Assembly: GCA_030141605.1 (NCBI GenBank)
Contig: JAQGDQ010000644.1
Span: 1-64,000, forward strand
Length of the DNA: 64,000 bases
Direction: 5' to 3'
Source of the DNA: Tubiluchus corallicola
Lineage: Eukaryota; Animalia; Priapulida
Below, one piece after another: positions 52,485-64,000 of the stretch. The notes under the pieces are model-generated. The model was not told the origin of the DNA. It made no database searches and worked only from the letters and a program-made list of their open reading frames with translations. Both the position numbers and the translations under genes were made by a program. How positions within the stretch are numbered: position 1 is the first letter of the stretch; each line of letters starts with the position of its first letter.

Positions 52485-54194
52485 TAAGATGTCATCAGTG
52501 GCGACTTTGTGAGACCAGCCCTGGCTTCGCTTTGGACTCCATAAATTTATATATACGAATTGTACGCTGCTGAGCCACGGGCACGTTCGGTGGCGTTCTT
52601 CTGCCATAATTGTTTATTTACTTTGAAACATCACACCAAGTTGAAGCAGCTATCAAACAGCCTATCTTGAAATTCATGAGGTTTCAATCACTAATGTTTA
52701 GAAAAGCCCACAGTGTAAATGTAGGCGTGTTTACCGGGCGAAAGTTTATGTATAAAAAACACACAAGAAATATCTACTGTAACACTTCTAAAATTTCTTC
52801 CAGCTTCAAAAACAAGGGCTCCAAAATAGCACCATATGTTTTCTCAGAAGCCCAGATTGTACTGATAATGAAGCCAGCGAATAGAAATTCGAAGTTACAA
52901 AATCAATAAATTTCATTATTACATATCAAAGACAAACTTTCTGTTAACCAAACAATTTTGTAGATATTTTGTAGTTTAGCAAGAAAAATTTGGTTGAGAT
53001 TTTTTCTGCCAACAAAACATTTTACGGTTCATCAAAAACTATTAGTGACATGCTAACAGCATTTAATACGACATATAATGTTTTTATTATTATTGCCAAG
53101 CAAGAATTGTCTTGTCTTTAAAAAATTAGAATATATTCGTCCTTTTGTCTAACCCTCAGATGACTTGTATCTAATAATAATAATAAAAACTTCTTTATTG
53201 CTATAAGAATTACACATCATTGAACGGTAAACCACACATTCAAAAACAGATATTATATCCAGTGTTTCCACTGTTGTGAACAATAGTGTTATACGATAAA
53301 ATAAATTTACAATTAAAAACACATGTGAGGCTGTAATTAATTACACAAGTACATAAATATAAAGCCTCGCATTCCATTTCGCTTTACACTAAAATATTTA
53401 AAAAATAGTTTTTTTTGTAAAATATTAAACGTATGAAATTGAAATTGGGTGCTTTATTGATGATTTTTTGTTTGGGTGACTTGAGTTTTTTGTGTCCAGT
53501 GGGTTTTAATTTGCTGATATGATGTAAATACCGGACAGGTTTTAGTCTGCCATTGACCACAGACTACTCTAAAGTAAAGAATCGCTCAGTCCAGATTTCT
53601 TTTATTCGTAATTGATCCCGTGATCAAGCAGCAGGGTGTTTGAAGCTCGCACTGCTATATGGTACTCAAACAGTATTTGGTTACTGGAACTCCATCAGGT
53701 CTAAAAGTGTTTTTTTTCTGTGGAAACATCAAAGATGAAACCAAAGTAGCATTCCTGCGCTCATTTCAGTTGAACTTTAATTAACCTTCAAAGTTTATCT
53801 GTAACGCGTAAAGGAATCATCATCCTTCATATTTGCATAACTATGTACCTATGTAGAAACTAATAGAAGTTTAGTTAGAAAAAACTAGTAGAAAAGTAAA
53901 TGTGATCTTTTAAGGCGGATGTAACTATTAACTTAATGATCGGTGCTGGACAAAAATTCTTTTATAAATTATTTATAATTCTTTATAAATTATTTATAAT
54001 TCTTTATAAATTATTTATAATTCTTAATAAAACATAACAAACCGACACAAAACACTACAAAAAAATAAAAAGAATAATAAAAATGTGAAGCTTCGAAGCA
54101 ACAAATGCGAATAAACGCAAAAATCGCTAAAACTAATAATGTGCATTAAAGAATTTTTATGAGTTTTGATATAACAACACACACACAACACCAA

Positions 54195-54426
54195 AAATTT
54201 TGGTATAATTACAGTTTTTGCAGCTACTGCCGAGGAACTACTTGTTAAGAAGGAGTTTTGGTATATTTACAGTTTATGCATCTACTGACGACGAACTACT
54301 TGTTCAGAAGGAGTTTTGATACATTTACAGTTTTTGCATCTACTGACGACGAACTACTTGTTCAGAAGGAGTTTTGATATATTTACAGTTTTTGCATCTA
54401 CTGCCGAGGAACTACTTGTTCAGAAG
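54195..54426 (+). repeat. 58-bp tandem repeat x4 spanning the intron 1 / exon 2 junction of gene C
   Basis: TTACAG acceptors end at 54214, 54272, 54330 and 54388, each followed by the first 38 nt of exon 2. Confidence 0.92.
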
Positions 54427-56353
54427 TTGTTCAACGGTTACAACAAATTAGTGAGGCCAGTACGAAACGAGTCTGAGATCATTGATGTGGACTTCGGTTT
54501 GGCGTTGATACAAATCATTAACGTGGTAAGCTTGAACAATAAAAATTACTGTTCATGTGACTGGTCACGTGACATGCAGCACAAATTGACGCAGGAGTTA
54601 ACAACTAACAACACCTACAATGACTGGCGCAAGATCAAAATTACCATCATTAACTGTTAAGCTACGACTCCATGTGCGCGTAATGCGTGATGCGTATTCG
54701 AACGATAGCCATCACGTTTGAGTGAATACATATCACGCATCACGCATTTCGGATTACGCTTCACGTACACATGGAAACACTTCCACGTGTTTAAACATCA
54801 ACTGTTGTGTACGCATTACGCATTACGGATCACGCATCACGCATTACGCGCAAATAGAGTCATACTCTAATGCAATGTTTTAAACCTTCAAACCACCAAA
54901 GTGCCAACAAAGTGTTATTTAAAAGAATAAGCTCCTATTTCTCAGACACCTCATATTTAATAATAGCTTAATGAGGAATGCTATCACGCTGCATCATTGG
55001 GGAGTATTTGTAACAGTGCTTAGGCGAACAGAACTACTTAGTAATAGCTCGAATAAACAACCACATTACTACTAGTTACTCCATGTGTGCAATAATACTC
55101 TGGGGACTAATAATGTCACTATAATTATGTGCTTTGTGATCTAAGAATATAAACCTTTTCACAGTTCCAGCGATTGATGATGATGGTCGTGAAAAGATCA
55201 AAGGTTAAATGTACCAGACAACGCGTTTCCGTACACTTGACAACGCCTCGCAGCCCAAGCCGTTGCAATAGTAACAGTTTTAACAACTAGCTTGTACCTT
55301 ACCTAGTTCATTTTTCTTGTTCCCAAGAAAGATCCTGCTAGTAAATCCTTCTAATCGCAGACTAATGCATAATTAAGTAACGTCCACGTAAAACAACTGA
55401 AGTTACTGAACTGATGCGCCAGATAGTTTTGCTTTACCCACATGTCTCGCGAAGGTTGTAGCTAAGACGCATTGCTATGGTACACTTAAACTTTGATCTA
55501 CGGCAACTGCGTGTGCGCACAACGAAACTGTGAAAATGCTCGTTGGGGCAACTAAGTCAACCGAAAAGAAGCCATCGAATTACGAGGAATAAAGATACGT
55601 TTTTCGTCTTTTTGTACAACATTTTCGATGCATTACACTTTGTTAATATAATTTACAAATTTAAATGGTCTTATTTTTAGGATGAGAAGAACCAGATACT
55701 AAAGTCAAATGTCTGGGAGCGATACGTAAGTGCAAGTTTACAAAAATGTCTGATCGATAGGTGGCAAATTTGACTTATTTATTTTTTAAATTTGGTTCCT
55801 CTCGCTGTAATTGTTAAATCTGTGACCCATTCTGTGCGTTGCGCGTTAAACCCTTGCAAAAATGGCACCGGAAAAAATGGCACGGTAAAAATGGCACAGG
55901 AAAAAAAGACACAGAAAAAATGGCACAAATAAAAAAGTAGGTAAAAATGGCACAGGAAAAAATACCACAAGTGGAAAAGTAAGTATGAATGGCATAGAAA
56001 AAATGGCACAAATGGAAAAGTAGGTAAAAATGGCACATGTAATATACTGATGCAATTGATTTCTATAATAAAACTAGAATGCGCTCAGCAGGAAGTAGAT
56101 CTTTGCCAATGTCGAATAATCCTAAACTTATTTGTCTGATTCTTAAAAATTAAAAAAATTAACACAAAGATAAACAAGCAAACACCCAAAAATATACCTG
56201 CATTGGTTTATATAGACTTGCATTGCTTTATATAGACTAACAAAGGTCTTCATTAAGAAGATTTATAATCAATAATGCACAAATGTTCCTCATAGTGTTT
56301 ATCTGCCTTTTTTAACCAGTAATTTTGACGATGGTAATAGTAGGTAATATATA

Positions 56354-56418
<65 letters not shown>

Positions 56419-59400
56419 ATACATATATATATGACACGTATGACAAATATATGCAAATATATATATATTATATAATTAAATATATATATTTAAATGCCAA
56501 GTTACCTTATAAGACTATACACATTAATAAGCAACGGTTATTGACAGATTAACAGCTATATAAGCGAGAATTTCTGGAAATGAACATGGAACTAACTCGT
56601 TGTTTGTACAAATAGAGTCTGGAGATAACAAAAAAGTACTAAATGTGTCTCTGAGACCTCCACGAAGTGCTTCACGAATGCTTTTTTGTACATGGTGTTC
56701 GGTCAAGTCTTGTATAAAAAAAACCGGCGAAAAGATTTCCATTTTTGCAGTCAATATCAGCCTTCTCCACAAAGTTTCATGGAAGTCTATTAGGTAGTTG
56801 CCTAATAGGCTTACCATCATAACAGACAAAAACAACCAAATAAACAGAAAAACAAACAAACAAACTGTGTTGAAGCGTAACTTCCTTGGCAGACGTAAAA
56901 ATAACTAAAATAATTATCCCTCGCGTAAACCCAAGCCCTAAACTCCATTTTTTTCCTGTGCCATTTTTACTTACTTTTCCATTTATGCCATTTTATGCTG
57001 TACCATTTTTACCGTATCATTTTCTCCTGTGCCATTTTTTCCTATGCCATTTTTTTCCTGTACCATTTTTTCTTGTGCCATTTTTCCTATGCCATTTTTT
57101 CCTATGCCATTTTTTCCTATGCCATTTTTCCTATGCCATTTTTCCTGTGCCATTTTTACATACTTTTCCATTTGTGACACTTTTTCCTGTACCATTTTTA
57201 CCGTGCCATTTTCCTATGCCATTTTCTCCTGTGTCACCTCCTGCGCCAAACTCAAGATGGCACCTTGCTGTGGAAGGCATAAGGTACGTCCCATGAAAAC
57301 CTCCGTCCATGACGTTATTCTATAGATGCTACACCTGCTTCTTCCGCATAACATCTATAACGTTGAGTATTTGCAAAATTTAGTTTTTAAAGTAAATGTA
57401 GTTACTTTTGAATTGTCATTTATTACATACACAAGTATTTGCTAATGTCTTTATATTGTTATAGCTATATATGTATATCGTTAAAATAAATATGTATATA
57501 TTTACGTTATATCACCTACTACAAACCCAGACATGAGGATAATAAACATCGCTTGACAAATGTATAATAAATCAGCATTATTCTTACAAGCTGCTATGCA
57601 AGGACAACAATTCATCAAATTATACATAAACTGAACTATGCAAGAAAAGGTGTTTTGAAATAGTATCGTATACCCTGGACACTCTCATCTGATCTGCTTC
57701 ATTTTGTTACAGTTGTGGCATGATTACCAGTTGACATGGAATCCAGATGAAAATGATGGAATTACCATTATACGAGTAGCATCAGAAAAAGTTTGGACGC
57801 CTGACATAGTTCTTTTTAACAAGTAAGAACACTAACTATAGCTTATTATTAAAGGGAGACAGGACGGGATAATTTTTCATATACTACCTCATTTTCAAGT
57901 TCGATAAAAAGTGTACATTTTAACAAAATTAATACTGCAAAAAGCGTTTCTGATAACTAAATAGTAGATTAAAAATTTAATTAACTGCGGGCGAGCCCAA
58001 CCTTTGATGACATCACAAACTAACATAATGTTCAACAGCAAAAATATTCCACGGGCGTGTTGCACGTGTTTGCGAAAACGAAAACTGAAGTTGTACAGTA
58101 AGATATTCAGTGTGTGCTACTAAAGCTAGGCAAGTTTTAAGATAAAAATTCAAATTTAAAAACTGTGCCCACGCACGAGCTGTCGAACGTGTGTAGTTCT
58201 TCACAAACTAGCACATCTGAACTGAGAGGTACAGTTCTTGTTTTTTGTGCAACGCTTTCCGCAGGCTTTAAGGCCTGTCTAACTAGCGAATGGCAAAATG
58301 CATGTAACAGCAACGAACTAGTGGCGCGAACGTGAGAATGTGTTTGTGTGGTGATAATTCTTTCACGTAAGTCACTTTTTAAAAAAAATTGTTTCCTTTC
58401 AATATTTTAAAGAGTAAATTGTTTTGACATACAGTTTAAGATTGGGTTCCGGTTTTGCTTTAAATTTTACCCTAACGTGAATAATTTGAGCAGGTTTTCT
58501 TACTTGGCAACGGTCGGGTTTTTGGAAGCAGCAGACTTTTCTAATATCACTCGATAAACCGTGTGAGTAATTATTCAACTTAAACCATGTACCACCATCG
58601 ATTACCTTTCACAGAATCACGCCCTGTAATGGTTATGCAAACCGTAATGAACAATAATCTTTATTGAAATGCTGTCAGAAGGTAAAAATTGTTAATATTC
58701 AATCCAACATCACAACTACTTGATTTTTGGCATATGAAACTAGGTAAAACGCTTTAAGTAAATTATTTGTTAGCCTGCTGCAATATTAGAGGTCATGTCA
58801 TTTCAATTAAAATAGCTTGGGCTGTAGGGATGAGTAACACTTGCAGTGATCTTAAATTAAACTCACAAAACCTCAAAAATCACCTCTCCATTGCTGAGCA
58901 TAGATGCAGCAGCAAAGATATTCCTTCCGTTAACAGAGAAAAACGTAATGGTCTTTATAGTATCAAATATTATAATATTTATTCAGTAGGCTTCGCCCTA
59001 GCGGGCATCATCAGCTGAGTAGAAAATACTGGTAGGTTGAGAGTGGTAAATGTCTCTCTCAGGCTACCAGCATTTCTATTCAGTTGGGCATTTCCATAAA
59101 GGCCCAGGAGAGCTCTCTCGAAATTGCTTTCAGTGTAACTACTTTCAACATAACAAATTTTGTGCTTATATATGCATGAAAGAAATGATGTCTTTGTCTG
59201 AGCAATCTGTATAACCTGGACGCCAAGATATGCAAACTGCCAATCATTATGCACAACAGAGTAAGGGAACCGTAAAAAACATTTGACTTCTCGACCTGGG
59301 TGTTCAAAGCCTAGAAAATCATTTTCCTTTTCTCCTTCACTCGTTCATTCACGACTGACACTCTTTTGTTAGAACTACAAACATTTCTAACACATTAAAC

Positions 59401-62400
59401 TAGAAGCCCATCAGCAGATGAGCCAGGGAAATGCATTCTACCTCGAAAGAAGCGTCACAGACTAGACGCTAGTACGTCCACATTAATAAGTTTTCCACAT
59501 CTGACAAGGGTGAAGTCTTTGTGTTCTATATATTTTTGTGTTTTTTTGCCACAGACAGATACTATACACAACACTACTACTAATATTAATACTACAGGTA
59601 ATAACCAACTTCTTTTTCTCTTTTTCTAGTGCTGACGGAAATTATGAAGTCGATTTCAAATGCAACGTGGTCGTCTCGTACGATGGAATGGTCCTCTGGG
59701 TGCCTCCTGCGATCTTCGAAAGTTCCTGTGCTATTGATGTCACGTACTTTCCTTTTGACGAGCAAAGATGTGAACTAAGATTCGGTTCTTGGACCTTTGG
59801 TGCAGACAAATTGCATCTGGGACATTATGACAAAAGAAAGCACATCGATTTAACCGATTATGTAAAGAGTGGCACGTGGGACATCATTGGCGTCCCAGCA
59901 GTTTCTCCAAATTACAGCGTGAAGGCGTCAGCCGATGATGCTAATTCTGCTAACATTGTCTTTTGGGTAAAAATACGTCGAAAAACTCTTTTCTACGCTG
60001 TAAACTTGGTGATACCATGTGTTCTTTTAACTTTTCTCAGTTTGCTCGTATTTTACTTGCCGGTTGACTGTGGTGAGAAAATGACTTTGGCCCTGTCTTT
60101 GCTTCTCGCATTGGTCGTATTCTTAAATCTGGTTTCCATCATATTACCTCCGTCATCGATGGTGATACCGCTCGTGGCAAAATACTTGCTGTTCACTTTT
60201 ATAATGAACGTCATAACAATTCTGGTAACGGTTGTGGTGATTAACTGGAACTTTAGACAACCGACGACGCACACAATGTCTCCTTGGATCAGAACTCTTT
60301 TTCTTGGCTTCCTGCCAAAACTATTCTGCCTCTCGCGACCTCAACACGAACAAGATCCATTGTTACTTCTCCTGAGTAGCACAGACGCCAACAAGCTAAA
60401 CATTGATATACTAACAGGCGATCTGAGTATTAATGAGTTGCATCACCCCTCCTGTAGTCACCTTAAACCAGAACATGATATTATTATCGAGAAAGACGAT
60501 AGCGAAGGCGTGATTTCAAACGCGGAGGCTGACCGAACGGCATCTGCCATCGACTTCATTATCGAGCATTTACGCATGGAAGATGAGATACAAAAGGTAA
60601 AGTAAACTAGAAGCCGTACGTGACTACTGAATCACTACAGTCATCAGCTAGGCATAATTTGGGCAAAAGACAAATGTCGAGAGTTTAAAGAACAAAGAAA
60701 TATAATATAATAGAAATAGCTACAATTGACCTTTCAAAATGACTTGTGGTAGGCTACGTTTCACAAAAATTGACTTTTACAGTTCAAAAAAGGCTAATTC
60801 TGAAATTAATTTCTCTAAAATTTTCAGCACTTAATTTCATCCTTTTTCTATTTATTAATTTACTGTATTGCCGCAGTTCTGGTAAAGACTGACTGCCACG
60901 ATGTAGTGAACCAACAGCCACTAAGCATTGGAATGTCGCGAATACCGTAATCAGTAAATTTGCTTCATATTAAAAAGATAATATGAAGCAAAAGTTCAGA
61001 AATTTTGCCACCGTGAAAGTAAACATGTTTCTTTGACAATTCAGTAATAAGTATTCTGATGCATAGAATGCTCACATTAACCACCAGGCATATTAATGGA
61101 ACTTTAGACCACGTAAACGAGATCAGGTTAGTAACTACTGACAAACTATCAATGGCTTACAGTTCATAGGCGACTGTATGCTGTTTATTATATTTTTACA
61201 TCTTGATTATCGCTTTGCTGCAACTTCTCAGAAATTTGTCCTAGACAATCTAGATGCAGATCACACCACTACGCTTCACTGACCGCATATTAAAATACAT
61301 ATATAATATATATAATATGTACATTAAATATTTTTCTTAGGCTTCTCATAAATGCAATTCTTCGCCAGAGATTCTCATTTTTTAAATGTTGCCCCGAACA
61401 TGAAGTGGCTGTTGTACCTCGTTTGGGGAGATCTCTGGAAAAAAAGAGTAGTTAACTTACGACCTTTTAACGTTTATTCACAATTAACGTGCCTTACCTA
61501 AAACACTACATGCTGATCTGATTGTAAAGCACCTCTAACACTAGAAATTATATTCAGCCCTTATAGAAAAACGTAGTGCACCCTTCAAGATCGAGTAACA
61601 ATCTGTCTGAACCTAATATATGTCTGAACCGATAACGTGAATAACTTTACCTGCAGGTAACATATTGCCTATAGCGGCAATAGTCATTAAATACTTTGGC
61701 CACACCAATTAATGTGTTAGGTCGGTACGTCCTGAACTTCTTTTGTCGGGAAAGCAAACGTTTAACTCAGGTGACATGCAATGATTAAATCGTTACTGTT
61801 CTCCACAGATCGACAAAGTTGTAAGCATTCCTCATTAGCGACATACATTTTGTAATGTTCTTGCTTCAACAGAGAATCTGCATAGCTTGAGATGTGCAGT
61901 AAATTACTACACAATAGCTAGAAATGGCAGTTAAAACAACGGCGTTACATGACATGGTGTCAAGCCTGGGAAACAATCTGTAAACAAATATAAACGTAAC
62001 TTACCGCAATTGACGTCAAACATATTGGTCTATCGCTCCGCCTCCGCTGTAACGTAAGCACACTCAGCAGCATTCGGAACAACAGCTCACGCAGGACAAC
62101 AACTGTCTAAGGCTCTAAGCTAAACTAAACTTAACTAAACAACATGACAGTCAGAACAAATGCCTAATCAGCAGATAAACTGATTGGGCTTTTTCATCAA
62201 CACAAATATGCAAAGCAGCAGCTGTTTTTACACGAAATTAACACTTTAAGTAGGCAAAAAATGACTTTTCAATTTAAACAGAATGTAGAGACGAAGTTTT
62301 ATAGCACTACAAAATACAGAGGCTTAAATAGAATAAACTAAGCCCGTTAGCCTTGCTTTACGGTAAATGAACATCAAAAATATTAAGTCTCTCTTGCCTT

Positions 62401-63175
62401 TAAACATACGAACATCAAGCCTGCGATGTATTTTTCTATATTAACTGACCATGTGCTCGTCTGCAAGATTTATTCTGTTTTTGTATTTTTCCGTTTGTCA
62501 GGCTACGGAAATGGAATAAATTTAACTGTTCCATTCCATAGAGACCCTTATACTGAATGCCCGAGTCACATAAGTCCCAATGGTATCTTGCAAAATGGTT
62601 TAATCAGTAACTTATAGTCGTAAGCGTTGTGCATTTCTTCCTATTAAACGAAACTAGACTATGTATTTCCACTAATTCACTTGCAATTTCATTTGACAAT
62701 AATAAAATCTAGAACCAGGCCAATATTTCTCCCGCTAACTAATGAAAAGTTGAGCATTTTTCATAACAGTGTTAGTCGGAGCTGCAGCTAAATGTCCCGA
62801 ACGTACCTGCTGCAGGGATGTGTGAAATAACTTGCACGCTGATTGGACAGTCAACTAAAATGATTGACATTTTGTTAGATGTCAATTTCTTACCGGACCG
62901 GACCGTACTGCCAGCCTTACTTACCGATACCATAGTACTCATTATAAAAAAACTTTTAAACTATATTTCAGAACCGACAAGACTGGCAATTCGTTGCGAT
63001 GGTTTTGGATCGTCTGCTGTTGCTAATCTTCTTTACGGTCTCAGTAGTTGGAACAGGATCAGTTATGATGGATGAGGAGGCCAACGTTATGTCTTTTGTG
63101 GACCAAGATAATATCATCTACGTTCATAGTCAACACTATGATCAATATAATACAACTTTGAGCTCGATTATGTAG
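54389..63175 (+). CDS. Nicotinic acetylcholine receptor non-alpha subunit, beta1-like (paralogue C, closest to A), exons 2-6
   Basis: Exons: 54389-54525, 55681-55725 (DEKNQILKSNVWERY), 57713-57822, 59630-60596 (CAIDVTYFPFDEQRC, TM1-TM3), 62972-63175 (DWQFVAMVLDR, TM4, TAG). Exon sizes 137/45/110 are identical to gene A. Confidence 0.93.
54657..54870. mobile_element. Short palindromic MITE
   Basis: GACTCCATGTGCGCGTAATGCGTGATGCG / CGCATCACGCATTACGCGCAAATAGAGTC inverted arms with ACGCATC/ACGCATT subrepeats. Confidence 0.65.
55150..55540 (-). mobile_element. MITE family 1 copy (reverse)
   Basis: TAAACCTTTTCACAG...CTGTGAAAATGCT with the shared internal sequence. Confidence 0.85.
55858..57233. 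mobile_element. Foldback-like element with modular inverted arms
   Basis: Left arm 55858-56038 is an (AAAAATGGCACAGG)-type array; right arm 56945-57233 is the reverse-complement (TTTTTCCTGTGCCA / TTTTTCCTATGCCA)-type array. Confidence 0.65.
56356..56415. repeat. (TA)n microsatellite
   Basis: Directly visible. Confidence 0.95.
57849..58463 (-). mobile_element. Family 2 element copy, inserted 27 bp after an exon of gene C
   Basis: TTAAAGGGAGACAGGA...GGTTTTGCTTTAA. Confidence 0.8.
58983..59310 (-). mobile_element. Degenerate Penelope-like element 3' end (GIY-YIG remnant followed by a hammerhead-like motif)
   Basis: Frameshifted minus-strand peptides KSNVFY, FAYLG and LNRNAG, followed by UCAG-CUGAUGA-U-GCCC-GCUA-GGGC-GAAG-CC-UA-CUGA at 59018-58983. 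Confidence 0.55.
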
Positions 63176-64000
63176 TTACGTGTTGTTTTGGTGTGGCCTG
63201 TCAATCCAAGTTAATTTTTGATTGAGGTGTGTATGGCAGGTACTGACTGATGAGTGGCAATAAGCTTGTTGGTCACATCCAGTTCAATTTTATTATTGCA
63301 TATTGGACTGTTGATAATGTCACACGAAATGCTCCTTAACAATTTTTTGCTAATTCTACCATGATTTTTACATACGTAATTATTACAATAAAATAATATT
63401 TTGTAATACACATTTGTTTTCGGTGGATTCGATTAGTCTGTAGTGTGTGCTGAATGTTTTTCAGCCCTAAGGCAGAGGTGCAGCTAATGGAGGAGCAAGG
63501 GGAGCAACGGCGCCCCTTAGAACATTTTTCAAAATTGGCGCCTTTTCAACTATTTTTAGTTCACGTGTGCAGTTGCTGAATGATCTTTTAGTCGGCTGAA
63601 ATAGATAAAGTTCGACCTTGGTTTTACAATGGGGAGGATAGATTGTCTGGGTTAGCTTTACTTTCCAGTCAGTAAAAGAGAGTTGTCTACAGTAAGATGG
63701 ATTGTACTAAGTTACAAATTACTTTGCTAGAACGAAGCCCAGACGAAAGACACTGTTGTAGTACCTTCATGATACATTTTTCACAATCATTTTGTTTTCA
63801 TTTTACGTTAAAAATTAAAATAGTTAAATTACACACGTTATGTTTTGAGATTTTAGAGCTTACTGTAAAACTTTTTGTTGTGTTTTAATTTTAAATACAA
63901 AGTAACAAATATGTACTTCCTTTAAAACTGTACATTTCTCGTGTTTTCATTTTAAACACAAAATTAAAATGTATAATCATTGCGTTAAAAAATTGTTTGA

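Noticed and set aside
54215-54388. In-frame 58-codon extension of exon 2 using the first acceptor
   Set aside because: 174 nt preserves frame but contains an in-frame TGA.

Overview
AT-rich, intron-rich eukaryotic genomic DNA, from an invertebrate that is probably a protostome (inferred from the receptor type). Four spliced genes can be rebuilt by hand from GT-AG boundaries with consistent phases. (1) The 3' part of a DOMON-DOMON-DM13 gene (+, 872-8281). (2-4) A cluster of three paralogous non-alpha nicotinic acetylcholine receptor subunit genes of the protostome beta1 type: A on - (9986-22838), B on + (30718-45489) and C on + (54389-63175, first exon uncertain). The three paralogues differ at functionally important positions: B has Val at the TM2 9' gate, A and C have Asn16'/Ile20', and loop D differs in charge. 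Gene C carries a 58-bp tandem quadruplication of its exon-2 splice acceptor, giving three out-of-frame decoy acceptors. The rest of the window is several families of non-autonomous DNA elements, LINE/SINE/Penelope-like remnants (two with minimal hammerhead ribozyme motifs) and many microsatellites. Most long ORFs in the supplied track are simple-repeat artefacts.
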